Shown: positions 29,148-40,119 of the stretch, in pieces
How the letters are laid out: each line of letters opens with the position of its first letter
Numbering within the stretch: position 1 is the stretch's first letter
Assembly: GCA_963841435.1 (NCBI GenBank)
Contig: CAWJCS010000003.1
Span: 544,001-608,000 of the forward strand
From: an uncultured delta proteobacterium
Lineage (GTDB): Bacteria > Myxococcota_A > Polyangia > Polyangiales > Polyangiaceae
Reading direction: 5' to 3'
Length of the DNA: 64,000 nt
Notes under the pieces: model-generated
Databases searched by the model: none
What the model saw: the letters and a program-made list of their open reading frames with translations, nothing else
What the model was told of the DNA's origin: nothing
Made by a program: the position numbers and the translations under genes

Positions 29148-29744
29148 CTAACGCTGCTTCGCCCGCTTCGCCCGCTTCGCCCGCTTCGCCCGCTTCGCCC
29201 GCACCGGACGCGCCGCACGGGGCGCTGGCCGCCCGGAGGGAACAGCTGGTCGTGGTGCGGCCGTCTTCGGGCCGGCCTGAGCGCTACGCCGGCTCGACGA
29301 CGACACGCGCTTCGGCGTGGCGCGTCCCGACGTCTTCGCTCCCGTGGTCGGCGCCACGCGCGACGTGCCACGCGAGACGCGCGACGCACCTTCCTTCCAT
29401 GCGCACCAAGCGCGAACGATGGTCTCGATGGCGGCGCGATTCGCGTTCACGTCCGCGAGACCCGCGAGCTTGAGCGTGCGCGCCGTGCCGCCCGTGCCCT
29501 CGAGCTTCGGGTGTTTGCCGGGAATGTGCGCCCCCGTGTGAAAGAGCACGCTGACGTGCTTCTTGGACTTGGGGTTGATGCTCGCGAGATTCCCCTGGAA
29601 GATGAACGTCGGGCACTGCCACTTCATGCACTCTTGCATGCGGCGATCGGTGCCGAGCACGATCGCGCGCACCCGGAGGATGGCGTCCTTGAGGGGGTGA
29701 TCCAAGCGCCCGAGCCAGGCGCGGACCTCGGCGTTCTCTCCCAT
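29148..29744 (-). CDS. DUF1801 (YdhG-like) protein with basic C-terminal tail
   Basis: LDHPLK..RVRAIVL..ECMKWQCPTF, FHTGAHIPG. Confidence 0.75.
   Translation of the reverse strand: MGENAEVRAWLGRLDHPLKDAILRVRAIVLGTDRRMQECMKWQCPTFIFQGNLASINPKSKKHVSVLFHTGAHIPGKHPKLEGTGGTARTLKLAGLADVNANRAAIETIVRAWCAWKEGASRVSRGTSRVAPTTGAKTSGRATPKRVSSSSRRSAQAGPKTAAPRPAVPSGRPAPRAARPVRAKRAKRAKRAKRAKQR
29156..29200. repeat. Tandem repeat (GCTTCGCCC)x5 encoding RAK repeats
   Basis: Five perfect 9-bp units. Confidence 0.95.
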
Positions 29745-29898
29745 GACCACAGCGTAAGGCATTGCGCGGCTGGGCTTCCAGCCGTGACGCAATGCGGCGA
29801 TTTTTGCGCGTCGAGGGTCAATCGATGCGCGCCGTCAGGCCAAAATGACCGAAGCCTGACCGGACTAACCGGCACCGGGACGCTAGGGTTTGGCGGCA

Positions 29899-30720
29899 AT
29901 GGCGCTGATTCTGACGTTCTTCATCGGTCACTGGCTCGCTTCGGTGTTCTGCCAGACGTTCTTTTTGCATCGCTATGGCGCGCACCGGCAGTTCGAGCTT
30001 TCGCCCGGCTGGCGGCGCTTCTTCCATCTGTTCACCTACGTCGCCCAAGGCCCGAGCTACCTCGACCCGCGCGCGTACGCGATTCTGCACCGGATGCATC
30101 ACGCCTACAGCGACACCGAGCAGGATCCGCACTCGCCCGTTTACGAGCCGAACGTATTCAAGATGATGTGGGCCACGAAGCTTCGTTACGACGACTTCGC
30201 CTACGACCGGGCCGAGCCCGAGGCGCGTTTCGACGGTGGAGTTCCGGAATGGCCCTTCGTGGACAATCTCGCGCAGTCGTGGCCGATGCGCCTCGTGTGG
30301 TGCGCTGCCTATACGGCGTTCTACATCGCGTTCGCGCCGAGCGCTTGGTGGTTCGTCCTGCTCCCCGCGCACTACCTCATGGGTCCGATTCACGGCGCGA
30401 TCGTCAATTATGCAGGTCACCGCTTCGGTTACCGCAACTATGACTCTCCCGACCGCTCGGTGAACGCCCTGCCGATCGACTTCGTGACGCTCGGCGAGCT
30501 GTTCCAGAACAACCATCACCAGTTCGCGATGAGCCCGAACTTCGCGGTGCGCCGCTTCGAGCTCGACCCCGCGTACCTGGTCATCCGCGTGCTCGCGGCG
30601 CTCGGCATCGTGAAGAACCTGAGCGAGCAGCGCGGCCGCTACCCGCTCCAGCGCCAACCCGACGCGCTCGCCCCCGCTCCCGCCTTCGCCGACGGTCCTG
30701 CCGAAGCACCCGGCGGCTGA
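29899..30720 (+). CDS. Acyl-CoA (delta-9-like) fatty acid desaturase
   Basis: His boxes HRYGAH, HRMHH, NNHH; DPHSP, LGELF. Confidence 0.9.
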   Translation: MALILTFFIGHWLASVFCQTFFLHRYGAHRQFELSPGWRRFFHLFTYVAQGPSYLDPRAYAILHRMHHAYSDTEQDPHSPVYEPNVFKMMWATKLRYDDFAYDRAEPEARFDGGVPEWPFVDNLAQSWPMRLVWCAAYTAFYIAFAPSAWWFVLLPAHYLMGPIHGAIVNYAGHRFGYRNYDSPDRSVNALPIDFVTLGELFQNNHHQFAMSPNFAVRRFELDPAYLVIRVLAALGIVKNLSEQRGRYPLQRQPDALAPAPAFADGPAEAPGG

Positions 30721-30731
30721 TCGCACGACAC

Positions 30732-32543
30732 TCAGCGAGGCTCGGGCTCGCCGGCGTCGGGTACCCAGCCGTGGCCAGAGTGACGCTCGAGCTTGTGTCG
30801 GTCTTCCTCCATCTGCTTCTCGAGCTGCTCGCGCGCGGACTTGGCGAGGTTCGTGCGCTCCGCCTCGTCTTGCCACTTCGGTAGGATGTCCTCGAGCGTG
30901 CGCACGTTGTGCCGGCGAAACACGTCGGCGCGCTCGCGCGCTTCATAAGGTCGAACGCCGAGCGCCTCGAGCGCACGGCGACCGACGAGCACGGCCGACT
31001 CGAACGTTTCGCGCTCCACGATCTCGATGCCGCGCGAGCGAAGCTCTTGCCAATGCGCGATGTTGCGGGCGCGTGCCACGATGCGGAGTGCCGGGAAATG
31101 CTCGCGCACTGCGTCGACGAGGCGGAGGCTCGTCTCGGGATCGTCGATGGCGCACACGAGCAGCTTGGCTCCCTGAGCGCCGGCGGCCGTTAGCAGGTCC
31201 AGCCGGGTCGCGTCCCCGTAGTAGACGCGAAAGTCGAAGCGGCGCAGCGCCTCGACTTGGTCCGGGTCGTGATCGAGCACGGTTGCCCTCACGCCGCTCG
31301 CGAGCAGGAGCCGCCCTACGATCTGCCCGAAGCGCCCGAAGCCCGCGATGATGACGCTCGGGTGCTCGTCTTCGATGGCGTCCGGCTCGCGGGGAGGCTG
31401 CGGAATGCGCGCAGACACGCGCTCGACGAGCATGAGCAGGAGGGGAGTGAGGGCCATCGACAGTGCCACCGTCAACGTGAGCAGGCCGTCCCACTCGCCA
31501 GGCAAGAGGCGAGCCTCGCGCGCCACGCCGAACACGACGAACGCGAATTCGCCGCCCTGCGCGATCAGCGCCCCGAGCAGCCAGCGGTGGCGCGAGCTCA
31601 CGCCGAGTGGGCCGCCGATGGCCCGAATGGCGACGAGCTTCGACAGCTGATAACCGCCGACGAGCATCGCGACGAACAGGGGCTCGCGCGCGATGAGCCC
31701 GAAATCGATGCTCATGCCGACTGCGATGAAAAACAGACCCATGAACAGGCCCCGAAACGGCTGAATGTCCGTCTCGAGCGCGTGCCGGTACTCGGAGCCT
31801 GCGAGCAGGACGCCGGCGAGGAACGCGCCGAGCGCCATCGAAATCCCGACGCTCGACATCAGCTCGGCGATGCCGAGCACGAGCAGGAGCGTGAAGGCGC
31901 TGAACACCTCGCGCAGCCCCGTGCGGGCGAGCAGCCGCAGCACGGGGCGCGTGAGGAAGCGCCCGATCACGATCACTGCGAAAATGGCCGAAAGCGCCAG
32001 CAAGAGCCCGCCCGTGTCGGACCCCGTGTGCTCGCCGTCGCGCGCCGCGAGAAGCGGCACCACCGCGAGTAGAGGGATGGCCGCGATGTCCTGGAACAAC
32101 AGGATGCCGAAGGCCGTGCGCCCGACGGGGGCGCCGAGCAGGTTGCGCTCGGTCATCGTTTGCATCGCCACGGCGGTCGAGGACAGCGCGAGGGTGAGAC
32201 CGACGACGAGCGCCGCCTGCCAGGACAACCCGAGCGCGAGGGCTCCGGCTCCGAGCGGCACCGCCGCGACCGCGAGCTGCAGGACGCCACCGCCGAACAC
32301 CGCGCGCCGCATGGTCCAGAGACGCGAAACGTCGAGCTCGAGCCCGATCACGAAGAGCATGAGCACGACGCCAATCTCGGCAAAATGCATGGTCGCCGTG
32401 GCGTCGGCGACGAGCCTCAGCCCGTAGGGGCCGATGAGGCACCCCGCGGCGAGGTAGCCGAGCACCGAGCCCAGGCGGAGGCGGCTCGCGAGTGGCACGC
32501 AGACGACCGCCGCCGCGAGATACACGATGGCGTTCGCCAGCAT
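30732..32543 (-). CDS. kefC: Glutathione-regulated K+ efflux protein KefC/KefB
   Basis: LGSVLGYLAAG, LLFQDIAAIP, SEYRHALETDI, KTN domain IAGFGRFGQIVGR, YGDATRLDLL. Confidence 0.88.
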   Translation of the reverse strand: MLANAIVYLAAAVVCVPLASRLRLGSVLGYLAAGCLIGPYGLRLVADATATMHFAEIGVVLMLFVIGLELDVSRLWTMRRAVFGGGVLQLAVAAVPLGAGALALGLSWQAALVVGLTLALSSTAVAMQTMTERNLLGAPVGRTAFGILLFQDIAAIPLLAVVPLLAARDGEHTGSDTGGLLLALSAIFAVIVIGRFLTRPVLRLLARTGLREVFSAFTLLLVLGIAELMSSVGISMALGAFLAGVLLAGSEYRHALETDIQPFRGLFMGLFFIAVGMSIDFGLIAREPLFVAMLVGGYQLSKLVAIRAIGGPLGVSSRHRWLLGALIAQGGEFAFVVFGVAREARLLPGEWDGLLTLTVALSMALTPLLLMLVERVSARIPQPPREPDAIEDEHPSVIIAGFGRFGQIVGRLLLASGVRATVLDHDPDQVEALRRFDFRVYYGDATRLDLLTAAGAQGAKLLVCAIDDPETSLRLVDAVREHFPALRIVARARNIAHWQELRSRGIEIVERETFESAVLVGRRALEALGVRPYEARERADVFRRHNVRTLEDILPKWQDEAERTNLAKSAREQLEKQMEEDRHKLERHSGHGWVPDAGEPEPR

Positions 32544-32634
32544 CGAGGGCTCCTTCACGGCATCGTTCCTTCCGCGCCGAGCAGGCGCTGCACCTCGGGC
32601 GCGAGAAGCCGTTTCATGCCGCCGGGCGAGCTTT

Positions 32635-33177
32635 TCACGGCTCGGCCCCTTCCTCGGCGAGCAGCGCTTCGAGCCGTTTTCGATACTCGCGTGCATGCGC
32701 GTCGAGCTCCGCCGCTCCGAGGCGGTGCGCTCCACTGACGACGATGGGCGGCTCCCAGCGCATGCCGCAAAAGAGCGCCGTCTGCTCGACGACCGGCGCG
32801 TATTCGGCAAACGGCCGCCCATGCATGCCGTTCGGTCCGTACGCGGCATCGTCGCCCCCCGCCGTCGTGACCCAGAGGCAACGTTTGCCCCGAAGCGCGA
32901 CGCCACCGTCGCCATAGGCCCAGCCTCGCGCGAGCACCTTGTCGAACCAGTGCTTGAGGAGCCCGGGTACCGTGTACCACTGCACGGGATGCTGCCAGAC
33001 GACGACGCGCGCCGCCGCGAGGGCGGCCTGCTCCGCGTCCACGTCGATGTCGAAGCCGGGGTAGCGATCGTAGAGCGAGCGCAAGTCCAGACCCGGCAGG
33101 TCGCTCACGGCGTCGAGCAGCCGCCGGTTGGCGCGCGAGCGGTCCGGGTAAGGGTGCGCGAAGACGAGGACAATCAA
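32635..33177 (-). CDS. kefF: KefF/KefG ancillary NAD(P)H oxidoreductase
   Basis: AHPYPDRSRAN, LYDRYP.FDIDV..EQ, WQHPVQWY, GWAYG; upstream of kefC. Confidence 0.85.
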   Translation of the reverse strand: MIVLVFAHPYPDRSRANRRLLDAVSDLPGLDLRSLYDRYPGFDIDVDAEQAALAAARVVVWQHPVQWYTVPGLLKHWFDKVLARGWAYGDGGVALRGKRCLWVTTAGGDDAAYGPNGMHGRPFAEYAPVVEQTALFCGMRWEPPIVVSGAHRLGAAELDAHAREYRKRLEALLAEEGAEP

Positions 33178-33236
33178 GCAGCCGTTAATAGCCCCACCCG
33201 GCTCCCGCACATCGGCAGAAATGCTAAGTAACCGGG

Positions 33237-34977
33237 ATGCGTTCGCTTCTGGTCGCTACCTTCGGCTCGCTCTGGCTGCTCGGCGTCGCATGCTCCGCCT
33301 CCTCGGGAGTTCAGGCCGAAAGCGGGAGCATCGAGGCGGGCGGCACGGGCGGTTCGAGCGCCACGAGCGGTGGCAGCGGGACGAGCGGCGGCCGGGGCGG
33401 CGGGGGCGGTACGGTCACGGTGTGCACCGGCTCTGATTGCCCCGACTCGGGCCCTCCCGTCACGGGCGTTTGCGGCGACGGAATCTTGACGGACGACGAA
33501 GCCTGCGACGACGGCAACACCGACGATGGCGACGGTTGCGCCGCGGACTGCCTGTCGGTCGACCCCGGCTACTCGTGCAGCCCGCCGGGGGCCAAGTGCC
33601 ACGTGGTGGCGCTCTGCGGCGACGGCTTCCGATCGTCGAACGAGATGTGCGACGACGGCAACGCCGACGACGGCGACGGCTGCTCGCACCGCTGCCAGCT
33701 CGAGACGGGCTACAAGTGCGAGGGCAGCCCGAGCAGCTGTTCGAGAACCATCTGCGGCGACGGAATTCGCGAAGGGGCCGAAAGCTGCGACGACGGCAAC
33801 GACATCCCGCTCGACGGCTGCTCGGCCACCTGCCAATCCGAGCCCGACTGCAGTGGGGGCCCGTGCACGTCGTACTGCGGCGACGGCCTCATCATCGACG
33901 AGGAGTGCGACGACGGCAACACGCTCGACGGCGACGGCTGCTCGTCTGACTGCAAGCGCGAGCCCGGTTTCGAATGCGTCCAGCGCCCCGCGTGCGAGCC
34001 CGTGGGCGACGGCTGCGGGCTGCGTGTTCCCACGGTGTTCCGCGACTTCACGCAGTCGCACGACGACTTTCACTGCGGCGGCGCGACCGATCCGCCGACG
34101 CTCGATCCGGTGCTCGACGCCGAAGGCAAGCCCGTGCTCGTCCAGGGCAACCCCGGGTGCGTCGCGTCGCCCGAAAGCTTCGCCGAATGGTACCGCGACG
34201 GCGACGACGACCGCACCATCCCGAGCAGCCTCTTGCTCTTCGACAACGGCATGGGCGGCTACGTCAATCGCTTCGGACCGAACGGCGAGCGCTGGGTCGA
34301 TTTCGAACGGCATGGAGCTCGACGGGAATCCGGCGTTTTTGCCGATCGACGACGCACCCAACGCGTTCATGGACACGGTGAGCGTCGCCACGATTCCGCC
34401 CGAATACACCGGCGACAACAACTGGCACCCCGAAAGCGACTTCGTGCCGGGCGCCGGGACGCACAATTTCTTGTTCACGACCGAGGTCGAGTACTGGTTC
34501 CGCTTCGACCCGGGCTTCGACGCCACGCTGGACTTCTTGGGCGACGACGACTTTTGGGTGTTCGTGAACGGCAAGCTCGCGCTCGACCTCGGCGGCCTCC
34601 ACACGCCCGAGAGCGGCAGCGTCGCGGTGAGCGACGCGACGGCGGCGACCTACGGGCTCGAAAGCGGCCGCGTTTACGCCATCAAGGTGTTCCACGCCGA
34701 GCGCAACCCCACGGGTTCCTCGTTCAAGCTCACGCTCTCCGGTTTCCAGAACACTCCGAGCGAGTGCGACCCGATCTGCGGCGACGGCATCGTGAGCCTC
34801 GGCGAGCAGTGCGACGACGGCACGAACGACGGTGGCTACGGTGAGTGCGAGCCCGGCTGCAAGGTTGGCCCACGCTGCGGCGACGGTATCGTCCAGGAGG
34901 ACGAAGACTGCGACGACGGCAACCGCCTCGACGGTGACGGCTGCGGCAGCGCGTGTCGCGACATCGTCGTGAAGTGA
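33237..34977 (+). CDS. Second fibro-slime lipoprotein with Cys-rich (DUF4215) repeats; +1 frameshift near 34302
   Basis: VAC lipobox, CGDG/CDDGN repeats, FRDF..H.DF, HNFLFTTE, GDDDFWVFVNG, FHAERNPTGSSFKLTL. Confidence 0.88.
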
Positions 34978-35001
34978 ACGACCGCCCGCGCGGCGGCCGG
35001 G

Positions 35002-37137
35002 CTACTTGCGGGCGGCCGCTTCCTTGGCGATCCTCTCGCGATACGCCTTGATCATCTCTTCCTGTTCTTGCTTGGGGACGGGGGCGTAACGCGCGAATTC
35101 CATCGTGAAGTTGCCCTTGCCCTGGGTCGCGGAGCGCAGATCGGTCGAATAGCCGAACATCGTGTTGAGCGGCACTTCGGCGACGATGGTCACGTTTTCA
35201 TCGCTCTGCGTTTCGAGGATCACGCCGCGGCGCTGGTTCACCTGGCCGACGACCGAGCCCTGGAACTCGACGGGCGCCTCGACCTCCACCTTCATGATGG
35301 GCTCGAGGATGGTCGGCTTCGCGTTGGCGTACGCTTCGCGGAAACCCATGAGCGCCGCGGTCTTGAAGGCCTGCTCGGACGAGTCCACGGCATGGTGCAG
35401 ACCGTCGTTGATGGTGGCGCGCACGCCCACGACGGGGAACCCGATCAGGCTGCCCTTCTTGATGCCCTCTTTGAACCCCTTGTCGCAGGCGGGGATGAAC
35501 TCCTTGGGGATGGAACCGCCCACGATCTCGTCGACGAACTCGTAGGCTTCCACGGCATCCGGCGGGAGCGGCTCGATGAAGCCGTTCACGCGCGCAAACT
35601 GCCCCGAGCCGCCCGTCTGCTTCTTGTGCGTGTAGGCGATCTCGCTTCGTTGCGTGATCGTCTCGCGGTAGGCGACCTGGGGCTTGCCGGCGATAACGTC
35701 GCAGTTGTACTCGCGGCGCATGCGCTCCATGTAGATGTCGAGGTGGAGCTCGCCCATGCCGCTGATGATGGTCTGCTGGCTCTCCTCGTCCTGGTGGACG
35801 CGAAAGGTCGGGTCTTCCTTGGTGAAGCGGTTCAGCGCCTTGGAGAAGTTCGTCTCGGCGGCGCGATCCTTGGGCGCAACGGCGAGTGAGATGACCGCCG
35901 CCGGCACGTGCATCGACGTGAGCGTGACGTTCACCTTGCCGTCGGTGAAGGTTTCGCCGGAGCTCGCCTCGACGCCGTAGAAGGCCACGATGTCACCGGA
36001 CTCCGCCGTCTGAACCTCTTCCCGGTCGTCGGAGTGCATGCGGAACATGCGGGGGACGCGCACCTTTCGCATCTCGTTCGAGGTGTTGTAGATGGTGTCG
36101 CCGCTCGTCACTTGCCCCTGGTAGATGCGGAAGTAGGTGAGCTGCCCGTATTTGTCCTGCTGCAGCTTGAAGGCGAGCCCGATGAACGGCTTGCTCGAGT
36201 CCGACTCGATGACGATCTTCTCTTCGTTCTTGGTCTGGTCGTGACCCTCGTTCACGACCTCGGTCGGGTTCGGCAGGTAGTAGATGACGCCGTCGAGCAA
36301 GAGCTGAACGCCCTTGTTGCGAAAGGCAGAGCCGCACATGACCGGCGTCATTTTCAGTGCCAGCGTGGCGCGGCGAATGGCCGCACGGAGCTCGTCGTCG
36401 GAGACGACCTCCTCGTTCAAGAACTTCTCGGCAAGCGCGTCGTCGACCTCCGCCACTTCCTGGTAGATGTGCTGCCGCGCCTCCTTGGTTTTCTCGGCAA
36501 ATTCGGCGGGCACCGCTTCCTCGCGGATGATCTCACCGTCTTCGCCGTCGAAGTAGAAGGCCTTGCCGATGATGGGGTCGATGATCCCCTCGAATTTGTC
36601 CTCGGCGCCGATCGGCACCTGCAGCCGGACGGGGTGATGGCCGAGCTTCTCCTTCAGCATGTCGGCCACGCGCTCGTAGTTGGCCCCCGGGTTGTCCATC
36701 TTGTTGACGAACGCGATGCGAGGGACGCGGTAGCGCTTCATCTGCCGGTCGACCGTGATCGACTGGCTCTGGACGCCCTTGCCGGAGTCGAGCACGAGGA
36801 TCGCGCCGTCGAGCACGCGCAGCGCGCGCTCGACCTCGATGGTGAAGTCGACGTGCCCGGGCGTGTCGATGATGTTGACGTTGTAGTCCGGCGTGTCTCC
36901 CTTGGAGCCCTTCCACACGCAGTACGTGGCCGCCGACTGGATGGTGATGCCCTTTTCGCGCTCGAGATCCATCGAGTCCATCTTGGCGCCGACGCCGTCC
37001 TTGCCGCGCACCTCGTGGATGGCGTGGATGCGTCCGGTGTAAAAGAGGATGCGCTCGGTGAGCGTCGTCTTACCCGAGTCGATGTGGGCGGAGATGCCGA
37101 TGTTGCGAATGCGTTCGAGAGGGATGCGCGTAGCCAC
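35002..37137 (-). CDS. fusA: Elongation factor G, stand-alone copy
   Basis: [67 protein letters not shown]. Confidence 0.96.
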   Translation of the reverse strand: MATRIPLERIRNIGISAHIDSGKTTLTERILFYTGRIHAIHEVRGKDGVGAKMDSMDLEREKGITIQSAATYCVWKGSKGDTPDYNVNIIDTPGHVDFTIEVERALRVLDGAILVLDSGKGVQSQSITVDRQMKRYRVPRIAFVNKMDNPGANYERVADMLKEKLGHHPVRLQVPIGAEDKFEGIIDPIIGKAFYFDGEDGEIIREEAVPAEFAEKTKEARQHIYQEVAEVDDALAEKFLNEEVVSDDELRAAIRRATLALKMTPVMCGSAFRNKGVQLLLDGVIYYLPNPTEVVNEGHDQTKNEEKIVIESDSSKPFIGLAFKLQQDKYGQLTYFRIYQGQVTSGDTIYNTSNEMRKVRVPRMFRMHSDDREEVQTAESGDIVAFYGVEASSGETFTDGKVNVTLTSMHVPAAVISLAVAPKDRAAETNFSKALNRFTKEDPTFRVHQDEESQQTIISGMGELHLDIYMERMRREYNCDVIAGKPQVAYRETITQRSEIAYTHKKQTGGSGQFARVNGFIEPLPPDAVEAYEFVDEIVGGSIPKEFIPACDKGFKEGIKKGSLIGFPVVGVRATINDGLHHAVDSSEQAFKTAALMGFREAYANAKPTILEPIMKVEVEAPVEFQGSVVGQVNQRRGVILETQSDENVTIVAEVPLNTMFGYSTDLRSATQGKGNFTMEFARYAPVPKQEQEEMIKAYRERIAKEAAARK

Positions 37138-37376
37138 GTGATTTGGTCTTTCGCTGGTTTTGGTAGGCGGCGACGTAGCAAACCTCCGCAAAAAGGGAAG
37201 GCTCTCGTGGGTGTCGCAGCGTTTTTAGCCAGGAAGCGACCCCTTGCGGGCGGGGGGATCAACCCTCACGCGGGGGGACGCCGGGTGCCTTCGGGAAGCC
37301 GTCCGGGGAGCGTCCGCCAAGGACGCCGGCCCCTCGAGCGCCGCCGGGCGGGCTCCCGGCGACTCGCTTGGCGCGA

Positions 37377-38102
37377 CTAGGGCTCGCCGCGTTCACCGAC
37401 TAGCGAGCGCACGCGGCGGGCGTAGGGGCCGTCGGCGTGCTTGTCGAGGAACCGCCGGCCGAGCCGCTCGGCCGACGCACGCTCGCCGGCCGCCGAGAGC
37501 GTCTCGATGCGCAACACCATGGCCTCCGTGTCGAGGCGGCGATGGGTGAAGCGGCGCCGATAGGCGTCCAGCAGATCGAGCGCCTCGGCATAGTTGCCTC
37601 GCGCGAACGCCTCGCGCGCCTGCTCGACGGCGTCGAGCTCCAGCGACAACGCATCGGGCGCACGCACGCCGCTCTTCGCAGCTGGCGTCGCGGTCGGGGG
37701 CTCCTCTGCCAGGGCGGCGATGCCTCGTGGAGCAGGAGACTCGGGCGCGCGCGCTCTGTCTCGGGCTCGCTCCTCGGGAGCAGAACGAAGCGTGGTCGCT
37801 TCCTTCGGCGCGCTCGGCGCGGGGGTCGCTGCCACGCTACTGCCAACCCAAAGCGCTGCGGCACCCACGAAGACCGCGCCGCCCGCGATGGCGGTCGCGT
37901 AGCTTGCCTGGGCAGCGGCCGCCTTGGCGGCAGCAGCGAGCGCCGCGAGCGACCAGATGCCGCCCATGCCGAGCCTCGAAAGGATGTGGTGACGGCTGCG
38001 CAGGGAGACGGCGTCGCGACGCGCCGAGCGCAGCAGCCGCCGCTCGAACGCGCTATCAGCGGTTCGTGCGAGCCGATCGGTCTCGCTTGCGTCGTCGCCC
38101 AC
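37377..38102 (-). CDS. Single-TM, Pro-linker, C-terminal TPR protein (myxobacterial anti-sigma-like)
   Basis: ERRLLRSARRD N-terminus, TM, APSAP linker, EALDLLDAYRRRF...RFLDKHADGPYA; start uncertain. Confidence 0.55.
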   Translation of the reverse strand: MGDDASETDRLARTADSAFERRLLRSARRDAVSLRSRHHILSRLGMGGIWSLAALAAAAKAAAAQASYATAIAGGAVFVGAAALWVGSSVAATPAPSAPKEATTLRSAPEERARDRARAPESPAPRGIAALAEEPPTATPAAKSGVRAPDALSLELDAVEQAREAFARGNYAEALDLLDAYRRRFTHRRLDTEAMVLRIETLSAAGERASAERLGRRFLDKHADGPYARRVRSLVGERGEP

Positions 38103-38305
38103 GGAGCCTTGCCTCAGTGGGGAATGCCCGCTTCCGGGTCGTCCGTATCTCGACGACGAGTAAATGCGGGAGAAAGACGCGTGTCGCGTACGACTGGATT
38201 TCGCAGGGCCAAGCTGGCGACAAAAGCCGCTGGCTCTCACTTCCGCGTACCCGACCCCACATCCGGCCCGTCGTCGCTGGGGCGAGGGCACCCAAAGCGG
38301 AAAGC

Positions 38306-39957
38306 TCAGCCTGGTGGAGCCCACCCGCCGAGCACCGTGGCCTTGTCGCGCATCATCTGCGCCTGCGAGGAGCTGATCTGAGTCGAGCCCGCCGCCCGGC
38401 CGCTCGTGTTGATCGCGGCGCCCCCCGGCGCGTGGCTCTGATATTCCCAGAAGCGCAGGGCGGAAGTGGGGGTGCCGCCGGTGACGGTCCAGCCGGCGGC
38501 GGAGATGTGGCTGCCGAGCTCGCAGTTGATGTAGGCGACGTGGCTGCTCGGGTACGCGCTCACGTCGATACGCGCGAGAACGTTGCCGGTGATACCGGCG
38601 TCGCTCGTGATGCGCGAGTCCACGAAGACGTAGCCATAGCCACTACTCGTGTTGCGCGCTTGCACGTTGTACCCCGAGCGGCCCACGGTGCGGATCTCGC
38701 ACGTGTCGAAGTACGCCGCCCCCGTGCCCCAGACGAAGTTAACGTTGCCCGCGATCAAGCAGTTCTTCGCGTACACGGTCCCACTCCAGAGGAGCGTATC
38801 CTGAAGGCTCAGGATGTCGGCATCTCGCACGATGCAGTGAGTGCAGCTCTGCAGGCGCAGTGCCTCCGCCTGTGAGCCGCCCTGCGGCGTCAGATTTTCG
38901 ATCGTGAGATTTTCGATGACGAGCCCCGTGAGGCTGTCGCCGCCGAACAGCGCCCGCCCGCGCGTGCTCGGGTTGAGGTTGTTGTTGTTGGTCGCGGCGA
39001 TGATCGTGCCGGAACGACTTTCGCCGTGGAGCGTGACGTTGTTCTTGCCGCTCACGTAGATGACCTCGTGGTACGTGCCCGCGGCGACGTTGATCGTCGT
39101 GGGCGGCGCTGTTGCCGTTCGGCAGGGCGTCGAACGCGCCCTGAACGGAGCAGAACTGACCGCCCCCGTGCGAATCGACGCCGAGCGCCGACAGAGAGCT
39201 CGGCGCCGCGGACCTCGTGGTGAAACGCCAGGTGGTGCTGTCGGCGATGCCGAAGCTCCCCCCGCCGGGTGGGACGATCGCGCCACTCGCGATGTTCACG
39301 TAATAGCTCTGGCCGTAGGAAAGCGCGCCGTGCGGGAGGTAGATGACGGCCTCGTTGCCATCCACGTACGCCGCGCGCGGCAGGGAAAACGATTGCCCGC
39401 CGATCGTCTGCGTGACGGTCATCGTCGCCATGTTCACGGTGGCGGCGACGGCGCCACCCGTGCGAAACACCTGGAGGGTGCCGCTCGAGCCGAGCGTGGG
39501 CGGCGAGGGGAAGGTGATGCGGAGCGCAGGATCGGGACAGACGCTGGTCGCATCGGGACCCGGAAAGAGCGCGCTGACGCCCGTCGGGAGACCGGCCGCT
39601 CATGCCAGCCGAACCGCTCGCGCCAGCGGCCCCAGCGCCACCGCTGCCCCCGCCAGCCCCCGCGCTTCCACTCCTTCCCCCGACTCCTGCGCCTCCCGGA
39701 CCCGTACCTGCGCCGGCAACACCCCCGGACGCCGTCGCGCCACCGGCGCCAGGGGCGCCCGCCGCACCAGCGCCGCCCGCTCCTCGGGCGCCCCCTCCCG
39801 CCGTGCCGCCCCCAGTCGTGCCGGCCGCGCTCGCGCCGGCCCCCGGAGCCGAGCCCCCCCCGCCGCCAGCGTCGTCCGGCGCGGCAGCCGTACAGCCGAA
39901 ACCCACAGCCAAGGAGAGGAGCAGGAAGAACGCGCTGGATCGTGCGGATCGAATCAT
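38306..39957 (-). CDS. Pectinesterase (CE8) family lipoprotein with Ig-like domain; two +1 frameshifts (~39594, ~39102)
   Basis: FGC lipobox, Gly linker, Ig-like ITF...YYV.I..GA...WRFTT, FCSVQGA, GTYHE, QAEAL, QDTL, GNVNFVWG. Confidence 0.8.
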
Positions 39958-40119
39958 GATGCCAGCCTCGAAAACACCCGATTGGTTGCACGCCTACATC
40001 GGCCCCGGTCATCAAGGCGCTCCTAGCCGCTAGGCTCGGTCGATTTCCTGGCTGGCGGAGGCCCCGACCGGCAACTTTCCTGGAAGACACCTCGAGCTCC
40101 GCTCGCATCCATACCGACC

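Noticed and set aside
37140-37376. GC-rich structured region upstream of fusA as a possible ncRNA
   Set aside because: No recognisable tRNA, riboswitch or leader motif; pairing is expected by chance
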